Of a DNA stretch of 64,000 nt, positions 27,906 to 40,190 are shown piece after piece (the stretch's first letter is position 1; every line of letters starts with the position of its first letter). The position numbers and the translations under genes were made by a program. Below the pieces are notes generated by a model. The model made no database searches and was not told the DNA's origin. It saw nothing but the letters and a program-made list of their open reading frames with translations. This stretch comes from Lytechinus pictus (Eukaryota), in assembly GCF_037042905.1 (NCBI RefSeq), contig NC_087251.1, positions 15,440,001-15,504,000 of the forward strand. The letters run 5' to 3'.

Positions 27906-28451
27906 CCCTTTTTACACAGGATTTTCTTAACCCCGGACTATCGCTAACCCCGTACTATCCTTAACCCCGTACTATTTTTTTTCCTTTTCACACATGCCAA
28001 ATTGTTATCGCTAACCCCGGATAAGGAATGCTTGCTTTTCACACACGAAACTCGCTAACCCCGGACTAGTGGTTTTTGTCGATCATTCGTAGTACAACTA
28101 CTTCACTCGTACCTTTTTACACACGCAATTTCCTTAACCCCGTACTATAGGTGGGGCTAAATTGCCATTTAGCCCCACCTATAGTACGGGGTTAAGCTTA
28201 GCCCACTTTCGTTTTACACTAGCGATCTTAACCCCGTACTATCGCTCTTAGCACCGCAATTGCTGGGATAACCCTGCTTTTTTGCAGGGCCAAATAATCC
28301 CGTACTAAAGGTGGGGTTAGCCCACTTTGCAAAAATGCTGTGTAAAAAGAAAGTGGGCTAAGCTTAACCCCGTACTATAGGTGGGGCTAAATGGCAATTT
28401 AGCCCCACCTATAGTACGGGGTTAAGGAAATTTTAGCGTGTGTAAAAAGGG
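27906..28451. mobile_element. MITE with TA flanks, CCCTTTTTACAC TIR and internal TAACCCCGTACTA repeats/hairpins
   Basis: TA|CCCTTTTTACAC ... GTGTAAAAAGGG|TA; decayed relative at ~31505-31890. Confidence 0.8.
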
Positions 28452-28773
28452 TATATGTTGTTTTTCAAGCAGCTACCCCTCTTTAATTCTATCCTGTACA
28501 TTAATGTTGCACACAGAGATTATGATTCCTTGCTTCACTATTATTCACATTTCACAGCATAGAAGCGATGGCTAGCCATTCTACCTATGAACATACTCTT
28601 ATCTGATTGGGGGGAAAAAAACACAAAAAGTTGTGTGATCATAGTACCCAGTAGAGGACCACTGCTATTTTATTGGACATTAACATATTTTTGAAATAAA
28701 GTAACCTGCATAACTTCACTTATCGATAAAAATCAGATAGTTAAAAGTAATAAGGGGGAATATAGTCACATAC

Positions 28774-28870
28774 CTCGAAAGTGACAAACTTTGGTTGAAT
28801 CCTCCTTCCAGAGAGTCATCGTGTGATCAACAGAGGATGTAAGAAAGGTATGATTGTTGTAACGCTTAAT
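28774..28870 (-). CDS. WDR81: WDR81 coding exon 22 (IKRYNNHTFLTSSVDHTMTLWKE...)
   Basis: tatccag|...|gtatgt; 97 nt, phase 0->1. Confidence 0.93.
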
Positions 28871-29042
28871 CTGGATAAAGGACAAAATAATAAAGAATGA
28901 GAAGAAATTGACAAAGGATCAATAAATACCAATGAATGAAAACTACTGGAAGGCAGTTATAAACAGATAGGTTTCGACACGAAAGAAAACTCCCGGTGAG
29001 AGTGTGGGATAGACACTTGGAGGCATTTCATGAATCAAATTG

Positions 29043-29237
29043 TTTTACCTGATTGCTAAGAAAGCATGAATGCTTGTAAGCAAGCAACCAGAGGACCGAT
29101 GGCTTAAGGTCCTCTCCGAAGGACCTGGTACTGAGGATTAATGCCTTACCAAAGGGCACTAGCGCACCAAGTGGGAATCGAACCGGGGTCACCGGAATAC
29201 GAATCCCCCGCTCTACCGACTGAGCTATCGCGCCTCC
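29043..29237 (-). mobile_element. tRNA-derived SINE (Thr-CGT-like head), inserted in a small MITE
   Basis: GGAGGCGCGATAGCTCAGTCGGTAGAGC (A box)...GGTTCGATTCCC (B box), then a non-tRNA body; near-identical to 40944-41141. Confidence 0.9.
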
Positions 29238-30134
29238 TTATGACTTTCATTCTGAGCCAATCAGATGCAAGGATTTCAGTGGCTTATGACGAGTCAGTTC
29301 AAATCAATTGATCCATGAAATACCCCCCCCCCCCCCCCCCCCCGATGTAGAATCTGAGCTTGACAAGTCTACCATGGAATGTATGATTTCATCTTCTTTA
29401 TACATTATCAATGACGAAAGAAAAATCCACCATCTGCAAGTATTACACAATTTAATGGAGCAGAAAGTGCTGATTTCGAAAACATATGAATAATTTTTCA
29501 ACATTAGAGAAACATTCTTATGTAATATCAATGAAACCTCACTTTCAGGTTTCATTTAATTTGATTAAGTGAAAAAAATATGAATTGGTATCCAATATGA
29601 TCTTGACCAAGTAACCTGAAATTATACCTGTTCATTAGTATAAAAATGGCTACCAATGACCGTTTAATGGAAAAAGGGGCTTAGACTTTCAAAATCATCA
29701 ATAATATACTTGCAATTACTGTTGACCTGAACACATGCCAAATGAACAGTATCAGTGACAGTAGACTTTAGTGCTTTATATCTAAGTTTCATGAAACAGA
29801 AAGACTTCACTTTCTAAGCCCTAGTCCTACATTTATTTTGAAAAATGCAACGTAAGGATTAACTGGCAAGAAAAAACCTCTCCCAACAGTTTTCACAAAC
29901 TTCAATGCCATTCTGAAATTATCAATAAAATGAGGAAAAATGTATTTGACTCTAAAAGATTTATTTCAGTTTGCAGATCTATTAACATCACAAGAATATG
30001 GCATTCAAATTACTTGAAGCAAATTGTAATGTCATCTTTAAGACTTAAAATTGAACCTGTTTTGCTTTTTGGGTTCTTTTCTTGATCAAAATGAAAGAAC
30101 AAAAAAAAGCAAATATATATAACTATGTATGCAC

Positions 30135-31090
30135 TGGACACTTGGATGTTCGACTCAATTCTAATTAGCATAAATTACTTCTGAGTTGAAAACGCAGCCC
30201 ACTAGCATACTATCACTTATTCGTGCCAGCTGAAAAAAGACAAATAGATAATAAACAAGGCCAGCATACAACATAAAGTTTATGAGGTGCTGTAGAATCT
30301 TGTGTTATGCATGTTTATTGTTACGTTGATGTGGCACATCATCACATGACTAGTCATATGCTGTTATTTGGGATTCTTCACACTGGCCTTGCTTGCTCAC
30401 TGCCTCAAGCAAAGTCGTTCTTATATACCCCAGCAAATGATAAGCTAACTTTTTGATAGTTAGTGAAGAAATCATCACGTCATGGTTTAACTTCCCAAAT
30501 ATCATGCATAAACATGATGTTTGACAATAGACATTAGTGCTATCCTCCAATAGAAGAGAAGAGGTGAGGATCTTTTATCATGCATTGCATTCATGAATCA
30601 AGACCAGGGTCCTGTTTCATAAAGGACCCTGGTCTTGATTTCATAAAGAAGTTACAACTGTTGTAACTTTGCCATAATGGCAACTACCATGGTAACAGGG
30701 CTCAGCAGCCAATCATAATCAAGGTTTCCATGGTAGTTGTCATAATGGCAAAGTTTACAACAGTTGCAAGTCATTTATGAAACGGGCCCCAGTTCAAAAA
30801 GGTATTCAAGCCTACGATGGCTAAACATGGCACCCTCTGCTACTTTGAATTTCAATGGTATGTCTACTAGTACTCAAAACAAATTATTAATATGTGCATC
30901 ACCTCCAGAAATTTGTCTAATAATAGTGGGACACTAAACCTCAATGAATGCATGATTGTTGCTAGGTCAGACAATGACTTTTTAGATAATTTTGAATATC
31001 ATGCATACTTTTGATACAAAGATGAATGCATGGCTCATAACTGTTGCTACGACAGGTGAAAAAAGTATAGATTAGCCATTGACACATTGA
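30135..31090. repeat. ~1-kb dispersed repeat, copy A (copy B at ~53915-54965)
   Basis: Colinear blocks such as ctaattagcataaatt..gagttgaaaacgcagcccactagcatactatcac and ctaaacctcaatgaatgcatgatt in both copies, same orientation. Confidence 0.85.
30607..30790. mobile_element. Short palindromic MITE (GGG.CC.GTTTCATAAAG termini; Harbinger-like)
   Basis: Same family as 34797-34954; absent from the paralogous repeat at 54.6 kb. Confidence 0.8.
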
Positions 31091-31340
31091 GCCCAGAGAT
31101 GGCTAAAATCAATCATCAGAAGCTGTTTATACCCTCACACTCTTATCTCTCAATCATTTTAGCTGTTTGTTGTAAGTCAAAGTTTCTACCCTCATTGATC
31201 AGTCCCTGTATCTTTATCCTAATTGGACACACCCATGTCTCTCACTCCACTCCCTTAATCTATTTTATTTGCCCCTTTTCCTATATTAAATTTCTTTTAC
31301 CACTAATAATTCCCGCCATCCATCTCTATCTCCCTCTCAC

Positions 31341-31480
31341 CTGGAGTATCTCGCCTTCATGAGCCCTCCATCCTCCCATCAGTAATCCAGTCCTAAGATC
31401 CACCATGGAAAGAACTCCTGATGAGAATCCTACACCTATGGTATAGCCGTCTTGACTGACAGCCATGCAACGTATCAAAC
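31341..31480 (-). CDS. WDR81: WDR81 coding exon 21 (LIRCMAVS...GFSSG...DLRTGLLMGGWRAHEGEILQ)
   Basis: cttaaag|...|gtgaga; 140 nt, phase 1->0. Confidence 0.94.
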
Positions 31481-32080
31481 CTTTAAGAAAGAATAGGCAA
31501 GGATTAAGCTTTTCAGACTAGCAACATTTCTTAACCCCTGGAGTATCCTTTTTTTGAGGGAGGGGGGGGGGGGTTCAGAATGTCTTTCTAACCTGATATA
31601 ATTTGATGAGCTGGGTGGGTTAAACCACCTTAACCCTCAAATCGAATATCAATGATTTTTCAACACAGCACATACTTAACGTAAGGTTTCAGACTACAGC
31701 TAATAGCATCGCAATAAGTCATCCAACCCTGCTTTTTAGCATGGCAAGATAATACCGTGCTAGCCCACTTTTGTGAAATTTAGTCTGAGACCAAAGTAAG
31801 TTAAGCTTAACACCAGAAAATTGATGGGGCTAAATGACCCCACCCCCCCCCCCCCCAAGGGTTAGGGGAAAAAAATGGAATTTGAAAAGCATATAAGTCT
31901 TGTATTGGTGAAAGTTTCCTAAAAGTACAAAATCAAACCATGCTGTGTAGTAAGATAGTCACACTTACATGCACACAAACTATTATGCATGGAAAATTGG
32001 GAAGGGGCAAGAACCTGAAATTAGGGTAAACAACATCTTTTGATATAGCTTAATGATTAAAAAAAAATGTTTGGGCTTAC

Positions 32081-32270
32081 CCAGTGGCCCTGAGGCAACC
32101 CTGATCTCTTGTTGGATACCGCCATGCCTGGTATCAATGAATCGGACACTGGAATCTCCAGAAGACACCACTAGACAAGGGCTAGGGGCAGGCATCACCT
32201 CCATGCAGCTGGGTGCACTCCGACTCAGATCATAACCACGAACTGCTGCTCCATTGATGGGGTCCCACAC
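32081..32270 (-). CDS. WDR81: WDR81 coding exon 20 (VWDPING...DSSVRFIDTR...)
   Basis: cctcag|...|gtaagc; 190 nt, phase 0->1. Confidence 0.94.
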
Positions 32271-32762
32271 CTGAGGAGGGTTTAAACAAAACGGGAAAAG
32301 GTAGCCTGTTCAATATACTGTATAAATCATTTAGTTAATAAACATAAGAATATTCGCAGTTCAAAGTTATCAATCTTGCAATTTATAACTTGCTTGCAAC
32401 AAAGAGTATACATTGCGGTAGTTAAAACTGATTGCAAACTGGTTCTTGTAATACTCCTTCAAACTCACAAGAAAATTAGACTCTTCAAAAACTTCATGAT
32501 CTTATATAGGTGTGGGTAGGATATTGTTAAAACTGATCCACTTATCATAACTTTACTTTAATGTTTGCATTTGATTGCAAAAGTTTCTCACAACACCTCT
32601 CCTTACTCACATGAACACTGCTACAATATGTCGAGACTCGAGAAACATCTCTAAACACAGCCTTAGGATGGCGAGGATATGCTGTTGACAAAATGTATAG
32701 GTCTATCACAAATTCAACAACTGATTATAACTTTATAGCTTGCAACATCCCCTAAAACTCAC

Positions 32763-32986
32763 ATGGACGTTGCCATCGCAGGAAGCCACAAGACGCTGAG
32801 ACTCAAGAAGCCTGACATCAAACACAGTCTTCCGGTGATGAGGGTAGGTCAGCTGACAGCTGGATTTGGAGGAGCCGTCACCAGAGTTACGTAGAGACCA
32901 GATCTTGACAGTTTTGTCCTTGCTAGCACTCAGGAAAGTATTCTCATTGGGCATCATACACAGGGCTTTTACACCGTTGGTATGTC
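32763..32986 (-). CDS. WDR81: WDR81 coding exon 19 (WD40: GHTNGVKAL...SASKDKTVKIW...ASCDGNVH)
   Basis: catgtag|...|gtgagt; 224 nt, phase 1->0; canonical GH...DxTVKIW WD repeat. Confidence 0.95.
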
Positions 32987-33718
32987 CTACATGGAGAGAA
33001 TAATGCATTAATATTAACTACAATTATTGCTAAACATCATCATAAATATATTATAGCAATAATAAAATATTGTATCATAATAATTATACCAAATTAAATG
33101 ATATCAACAGCAACAATGAAGGAAATAATGATTATAAACGATAATGATGAAGATAACTATAATGATACTGTACTAATGATAATAATTTATTTCATATAAT
33201 ATATCTAGAAATATGATATGATTGAATGGTGTTGAGTTTTATTGTAATAAATAGCAAGTTTCTTGCAATACTCCCTTACACCAACTTTGCATCAGAAATG
33301 AAAGGTGGCAACATTCCTTTGAATGAGTTCAATTAAGGTTTCCGGTCATTATCTTTCATGAGAAATTTCATACAGAGTACATGTCAGGTAATTACCCATT
33401 CGAAGGTCTTTTCCATTTAATAGACTGGTATCAATTTTTATGATCAACATAAGTTTACAATTTGTGTTTCCTCGCAAGGGAAGATTAATTCATTATCTCT
33501 TTGCACTATATCTCAAACTGCCTGAATCGGGTGACAGAATATCTGTTGATTGATCAGATATACAGCACACTGGCCAAGCCCAATTATGTAGGGATGTTAC
33601 AGTGATTTACACTGTTTTTTTACAGAGTCTGGTATCATTGAATTGTAATCTACTTCCCATGAAATATCAAGACAGAGTGAATTCAAGTTCTTACTACATT
33701 CAAAGACAGGGTACTTAC

Positions 33719-33778
33719 CTGTGAATGTCTGGAGTTTGATTTGACAGAAGTGCATTGAGTTGTCTTTATCCTCTCTTG
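33719..33778 (-). CDS. WDR81: WDR81 coding exon 18 (REDKDNSMHFCQIKLQTFT)
   Basis: cctacag|...|gtaagt; 60 nt, phase 1->1. Confidence 0.92.
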
Positions 33779-34512
33779 CTGTAGGAAATTGAAATATTTG
33801 AAGAAAAAAGAACACATTAAATAAGGATCTTCCAGATGAATGTAAAATGAAGTGCTGAGAGACTGTACATAGCTCGTGTCAATTGAGCTGTAAAACAGGT
33901 TTTAAAATTCAGATCCCGCACATGTATCTTCAAATAAAATAAATGTATTTCCACAACATGAAATCATTGCAAATTCCAAAAATAATACAAAAAGAAAAAT
34001 GAATTGCATATTTATGATGTGCCATACATCGTCAATAGGTTGAGCTGGTGGACTAATGGTGCAAATAATTTGACACTATATTTCATCAGTTTCATCAGTT
34101 TTACTTCTTCCCCGCCAAAACTAGTAATGAGCTTTACAACCCAGCGCACACTAAAAGATCCAATATGACATGATTTTCAACAAATCACACTTTGTAATAA
34201 ATAAAGTAGCAAGAAGTAAAATTATTTCATTTGATATTCGGCAAAAATGCTAGGAATACTAAAATTAGAATCCTGCCTCACTGCAAGCCTAGAGATTGGA
34301 GTAAAGTCAAATCATCTTAAAGGCTCAGCCGATGATTACGTCATTTTGCTTTGGAATTGAATTTGCTTTTATTCCTAAAGGGAGGCTTGAAATAGTCTGA
34401 AACTTCGATTTCAGTATTCATACCAATATTTAGGAATTTGAATGTTCATATCAAATGCTATTACAATTTCTGATCGTAAGGATCAAATGGAATATAGATT
34501 GTAGTGACTCAC

Positions 34513-34580
34513 CCAAGTATTGCTCCCAGTAGCTAAGCCAGGTACCCTTCAGAGTTCTTTTGCTTTTATTCATCTCCATC
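34513..34580 (-). CDS. WDR81: WDR81 coding exon 17 (MEMNKSKRTLKGTWLSYWEQYL)
   Basis: ttgatag|...|gtgagt; 68 nt, phase 2->1; conserved L.G.WL.YW motif. Confidence 0.92.
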
Positions 34581-34796
34581 CTATCAAAATAGAGATAAAT
34601 AAAATATGAATATCTTGTCTATATCCAGCTTCAAGTTGTAGTGACATGATACAAAAGTAGAAAAGTGACTGTGTAATTCAGTGAACTGGGGTTAAAACAA
34701 AGAAGATAGAACCCTTTGAAGGCATTAATCCTTGTTACCTGGGAGGAGGTGTTCATAGAGATGTTCATATTTTACACACAAATGGTGACCCGACTA

Positions 34797-34954
34797 GGGG
34801 CCCGATTTATAAAGAGTTACAACTGTTGTAACTTTGCCATTATGGCAACTACCATGGATACTTTGATTAAGATTGGCTGCTGAGCCCTGTTACCATGGTA
34901 GTTGCCATAATGGCAAAGTTAAAACAGTTGTAACTCCTTTATGAAACAGGCCCC
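34797..34954. mobile_element. Short palindromic MITE, second copy
   Basis: ggggcccgatttataaagagttacaactgtt ... aacagttgtaactcctttatgaaacaggcccc. Confidence 0.82.
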
Positions 34955-35142
34955 TGCTCTTGTGTTTATGAGATATTTACGTTTCCCATATCTTCACTAT
35001 CTACAATGTATATCTCTATGTGTGTCCTTCTACCTTTCTCCCTCACTCTCTTCCCCCCCCCCTTCCCTTCCCCTCTCCCTGTTCCCATTGCTAGCATGGA
35101 TATTGTTTGATTTTTTATCTTCTGATAAAAAAAAATAATCAC

Positions 35143-35335
35143 CTAGGACTTGTGTCTGAATTCATGGTTGTGTCCACCTCACCCTGCTGTGCGTTCTTTC
35201 CTTCGAGACCATTGTTACTATTCAATGCAGGGCTGGGTTCCTCTCCCCCGAAGGCTGGCTCTATCCTGTTCCCAATGACAGTCATGTGACCTCCAAACCC
35301 ACTCCTCCCGGTGCCCAGGCTCCCTGCTGTCTGAT
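35143..35335 (-). CDS. WDR81: WDR81 coding exon 16 (..GFGGHMTVIGNRIEP..)
   Basis: cttctag|...|gtgatt; 193 nt, phase 1->2. Confidence 0.88.
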
Positions 35336-36608
35336 CTAGAAGAGGAGACAGGATAGGGATATGATAACTTATAGGGGTGTTTCAAAGTACATTTAATGGA
35401 CTGGCTTGCTAATAATTCATATCAAGAAATCTATTACACAGCAAAGCAAGAATATCCATAAACTAATCTTAATAAAAAAAAGTTATCTAAATTATAACAA
35501 TGAAGAAACAAACAAACATGTGCACCTCCAAGGTAGTAATGATTGACAAAGTGATTCTTAAAACATTTTAAATACTGCAACTGATGGAGAATTTTTAATA
35601 TGGAATGTGAAAAGAGTGTGATTTTTGGAGAACCAGTTTTGTAAATCAACTAATTGAAATTCATCAAAATCTCATTAATGATATCATACCTGGCAGTACA
35701 GACAATGACCATGATCTCTCCTCACTCAAATATGAGACTGCAAAAACAAAATATATTAATGTACACTAACTGTCAATCACTAATAAATATGCAAGGTGTG
35801 TTAGAATTCCAATCTCTCACAACCCTTATTAAAAATAAAACATTCAATGTCCATTTCAGTCTAGTTCAACATCCTTATTCCTCTATGACCTAATGCATGA
35901 AATGTTTTCTCTGAATATTCATTCAAAATATACTGTTTTTTCAACACATTATTTGTGCTAAAAAGAACTTTGAAAAATGAAAAGCATCTCTTTAAAATTA
36001 CCCCCGACCTATGAAGAGATTATGATCAACAAGTCATGAGAAAATCTAACCTAAAATTTTGAAGCTTTTTTATTTTTCTTAACCTGAATTCATCAACTCT
36101 TTTCAAAGTGTGAAGCTATGACATTATTTTGGTAATTCATGCAGTAATCTCAAAGAGTACGCTCATTTATTTCATACTGATAATCATATTCATTGAAAAT
36201 GTGACACAGGGAGCAATGCAAAGATCTTCTAATCAATTGCAGGTAAGTTTCAGATTCTAAAATCAATCTTGCTCTTTTAATACAGTTAATGACTAATATC
36301 TAGGGCTACCTAGAGAAGAGTGTGAATGCAGGCATAATATGCTTATATATTCTGTTTTAGATATTTCCTCATCAAGAGGAATGGCTAATTACCAGATTCA
36401 GGGCTTTCTCATTAGTTATAGGCTATTTATTTGCTAGTTGTTCCAGTATCTTCCTATAAAAGCAGCTTGATGTACACTATGGGTAGTGACAACTAATTTT
36501 CTACTGATTGTTCTGATTCTTGAAACTGAAAAATATAGACTTACATCATCATATAGTTAAAACTGATCTATCAAATGCAAATATTTACATCTCCATAACC
36601 TTACTTAC

Positions 36609-36748
36609 CAGGACTATTGGCTGTACTTCCGTCGTCAGAGAAAGGGGATTGAATAGTCGGAGAAAGTTGGGTAGACATGGCCTTTTCATGCTTACTAGAC
36701 AAAGCCCAGATCTGCTCGTGGTTTTCTAGTATATTCTCCATGTAAATA
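36609..36748 (-). CDS. WDR81: WDR81 coding exon 15 (IYMENILENHEQIWAL...)
   Basis: catgtag|...|gtaagt; 140 nt, phase 2->1. Confidence 0.9.
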
Positions 36749-37254
36749 CTACATGAATTGAAAGAAAATTCAAAAGCTTCAATTAATATTATTCATGTGA
36801 AAGAGAAAAGAATTATATAAAAAGTCGGACATTAGTCTACCTGTTTTCAGGTGTTGTTGTCTGTGACACTAAACTGATTTTAATGCAAGCAGAAAAATAA
36901 GAGAAACATATCAATGGAGGTTTGAAATTACGTGTTCATAAGTAAGGCAGGTGAATGGATCAGCCTGTTAGTCAACAGAGTGGTATAGAATTAGCATGGA
37001 CTAGCTCTGGTGTGAACACCCCCTATAAGATCCCTCTCATAATTCTCATTTCTTTTATTAATATATTAATGACATTGAATGGACCTGCCTGTTAGCCGAC
37101 TGAGTGGGATATAAGCAGCATGGGCTATCTATGTTGTAAACACCCCCTGTATAAAGACACTGTCAAGTCTTCTAGCGACTTTCATTCGAATGGCTAAATT
37201 GCTCAGGGGGCAATCTGAAATGACTTGTTCATAAATAAATGACATTGAACGGAC

Positions 37255-37369
37255 CTGCCTGTGAGTCGACAGAGTGGAATGTAAGCGGCATGGGCTAGCT
37301 CTGGTGTGAACACCTCCTGCAAGACGCCTCTCATGTCTTCTAATGATGTAGACTCATCAATCTGAGCAC
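37255..37369 (-). CDS. WDR81: WDR81 coding exon 14 (AQIDES...LQEVFTPELAHAAYIPLCRLTG)
   Basis: cttgtag|...|gtccgt (weak donor); 115 nt, phase 1->2. Confidence 0.88.
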
Positions 37370-37628
37370 CTACAAGAGAAGAAAAAAATTAATTTCTACA
37401 TGTAATGAATGGTAGTGATATAGAACAAAGTCAAATACATTTTATATTGTGGAGTCATCAAAATCCAGACACTTAACACAAATTACATTTTTTTTTTTCA
37501 AATGCTATAAGAGTAATCTGGATGCATCTAATAAATAGAAAGAAAAGCAAGAAAACTATGCAATGCAATGTAAGGTTGGTAGGAAAATGCATGCAAGTTG
37601 GTCATACCCTACATTATATCTGCATTTA

Positions 37629-37844
37629 CAGTTGTGCTCAAAAGTGAGCCCCACCACAAAATGCATTCCTTCATGCTGAGTGTTGAATGTAGACAGCAAC
37701 ACTACATGGTTCGGCATAAACAGAGAAATAAACTTTATTGAATTTAATATTTCATCACAGTTACATATCTAAAACATGGCAGAACTGGAACACTTTAAAT
37801 ATGATCATTTTCTCATGGGTTTCACTAACTTTTGAGCATCACTG
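37629..37844. mobile_element. Tc1/mariner-type MITE (TA|CAGT..TGCTCAAAAGT ... ACTTTTGAGCA.CACTG|TA)
   Basis: CAGT termini with TA TSD. Confidence 0.75.
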
Positions 37845-38142
37845 TAAACAATTGTTTTTTTATGGTTAAACTGTGCAAAACATTGAGTTTAGCACAGGCT
37901 ATGGGTGTGGGCTGAAATAAACTGTCTCGAATGGACTGTAAAAAATGTTGTTTATAATGCACCTAAAAAATGGCGTTTGCTGTAAGTTATGGCAATCACG
38001 TGACAATAGCTTAATGTGATTTGATTAAGAGTCACAAGTACTACCTATGGAAATTAATGTACAGGAAATAATATAAAGCATTCCATGATGAATTTCTATT
38101 CCAACTGACTTGTCTCCATTGGGACGTTAACAAGTAACTTAC

Positions 38143-38337
38143 CAAAGCTGCTTGGTCTTGGTAACGACCCTGTACTATGTGGAGTAGTGCTTAAGTCTGA
38201 GGTTGAATCATTGGACTGTAATCTTGAATGAGGGACCACTGGAGATCCATAGACCAATTGATTGGTCTCATCATCAACATCAATCACCAGGTACTTATCC
38301 TCACTGTCTGTGCTCAGGGCCAGACTGCTCTGACGAT
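38143..38337 (-). CDS. WDR81: WDR81 coding exon 13 (RQSSLALSTD...PRPSSF)
   Basis: cattttag|...|gtaagt; 195 nt, phase 1->1. Confidence 0.88.
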
Positions 38338-39121
38338 CTAAAATGAATCAAAAGTACACACAAATTTTTTTTAGATTATCATCATTACGCTGCTCTTTTC
38401 TCTGAGAAATTAAAGCACTTGAAAGATGAATCTGACCTAAACAGATGAAGAGAAAATGTGACAACTCAGTAATTCATCCAAGTAACAACTGCTTCATGAA
38501 ACGATTTCAGAGTGCCCATACATCAGTAAAGGGCACTCGTGTCTGCTAATAGTACCAGTATCCAGCTCACATCCACTGAGTAATGAAAGGTGCAAAGATG
38601 TTTGAAACCACTGCAATGCTATAACCAAAGACTGTGAAATCATCTCTATGTGAATTACAAACTTCAAAAACTAATAGTACTTACTTTGAGATTCCACTTC
38701 CACAAGAGCAGTTAAAGAACTTTGAAAATAATAACAATAAAGACAGTGATCTAGTAGGATACAGCCACCTAGACATTATTAAGCAGACCAAAGTAATATT
38801 TTCACTGAATGTTATGTCTACACTGAACAATGATTCTTTTTAAAAACATTGCAGAGACATCCTACTCAGGTTGGATAGTAAGTTTCCATCAGGATATATC
38901 TACACAATCAACAATTCATGGAAAATGTAAAATGGATCACAAACAACAAATTGCAGGTTTTATCAGTGAATTTCCTTGATGACTGAAACCAGAGAAAACT
39001 GAAATTTGAAGAAAAAAAATGGAATTTACAAAACTGAATTTGAAAAATTGGGATGCCAATTAGGACAATAGGAATTTGAAATTTGGAAATTTTAAAGGAA
39101 AAAACAAATTTGGGTAAATAC

Positions 39122-39350
39122 CAAGGTTCTTGAAAGTTGAGGCACCCAGTTTGAAGCAGAGGAAGAATCGCTTGAGAATATCCTTCATGTGGTCTCTGGT
39201 CATCTCCCGACCAATACGCAGAGCGATGGCATTGAGAATGTCAACCAGCTTGAAGCAGATAACCGCCCTCGCTTCACTGCCACTGGGGAAGCTGATGCTG
39301 GTACAGGACATGATGTCCAGGAGAGGATGAATGAACTTCCCAAAGAGGTA
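39122..39350 (-). CDS. WDR81: WDR81 coding exon 12 (YLFGKFIHPLL...FPSGSEARAVIC...RIGREM...)
   Basis: gctag|...|gtattt; 229 nt, phase 0->1. Confidence 0.92.
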
Positions 39351-40070
39351 CTAGCATGAGAAGATTGGAAGAGAACACAGAACATTAAAAGCCCCAAGTC
39401 TAGTTATGATAAGACCAAAATGATTACTCATAGCTAGACACTGTAACTGTAAGACAAAATGAATTTGAATGCAAAGATTTAATGAGAAAACCAGAAAACT
39501 TCCATTGTGTTCAAACAGAAAATTTACAGGATCTGATTAAGCGCAAGGAACGGCGAAAAACATTTAGATGAAATGGCCCCCGGAGGCATTTTACTCCAAT
39601 GCTAACTCTCCGGAGACCAAATTCAGAGTTGCCCAGGGAGTTTTTCTTCTGTGAGAGTTATCTTTGAATCAACTTTGTTACTTAACAGTTAAACTACCCA
39701 AATGGATTACAGCATAACATTTTAAGGAGCAGTTTGTTGTTTAATGTATGATGAATGTTTTTAAAACATGCAGAAACTACTAACAATCAGATTTTCATCA
39801 CAACTTTATGGGGGAGGTTGTATGACTTAAAGTAATGCATAAGTGCCAATACACACATGAAATTACAAATGTCGTTTCAGTCATGAATATTCATTAATAG
39901 CGCATGTCCCCTAAGCATGACCTGCGGCCATATGTGATATACCGCACTCCACTAGGAATTTAAAAGAATTCTAAGTCATGTTTAAATCTTTGTGAAACAT
40001 CCCGAAGTTGTAAAATCTTCACAAACAAGAAACAAGGAACTGAAATTATTAATAGAATCGAGATCCTTAC

Positions 40071-40190
40071 CTGTAATTTCTGCATGAGGCTAGAGTCTGT
40101 AAGGTACGGCAGGACATGTCTGAGAAGGACTACAGAACAAATAAGACGGCCTTCCAGCTTGGCACTGACTTTCCTCTGAACTCTGCGGAC
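40071..40190 (-). CDS. WDR81: WDR81 coding exon 11 (VRRVQRKVSAKLEG...YLTDSSLMQKLQ)
   Basis: gatag|...|gtaagg; 120 nt, phase 0. Confidence 0.9.

Noticed and set aside
29165..29237. Functional tRNA-Thr(CGT) gene (also 41069-41141)
   Set aside because: Acceptor and anticodon stems pair poorly, and both copies continue into the same ~120-nt non-tRNA body with an A-rich tail, so these are SINE heads.
37247..37254. U12-type intron at the unusual exon 14 donor
   Set aside because: GTCCGTTC does not match the U12 consensus GTATCCTT; treated as a weak U2 donor.
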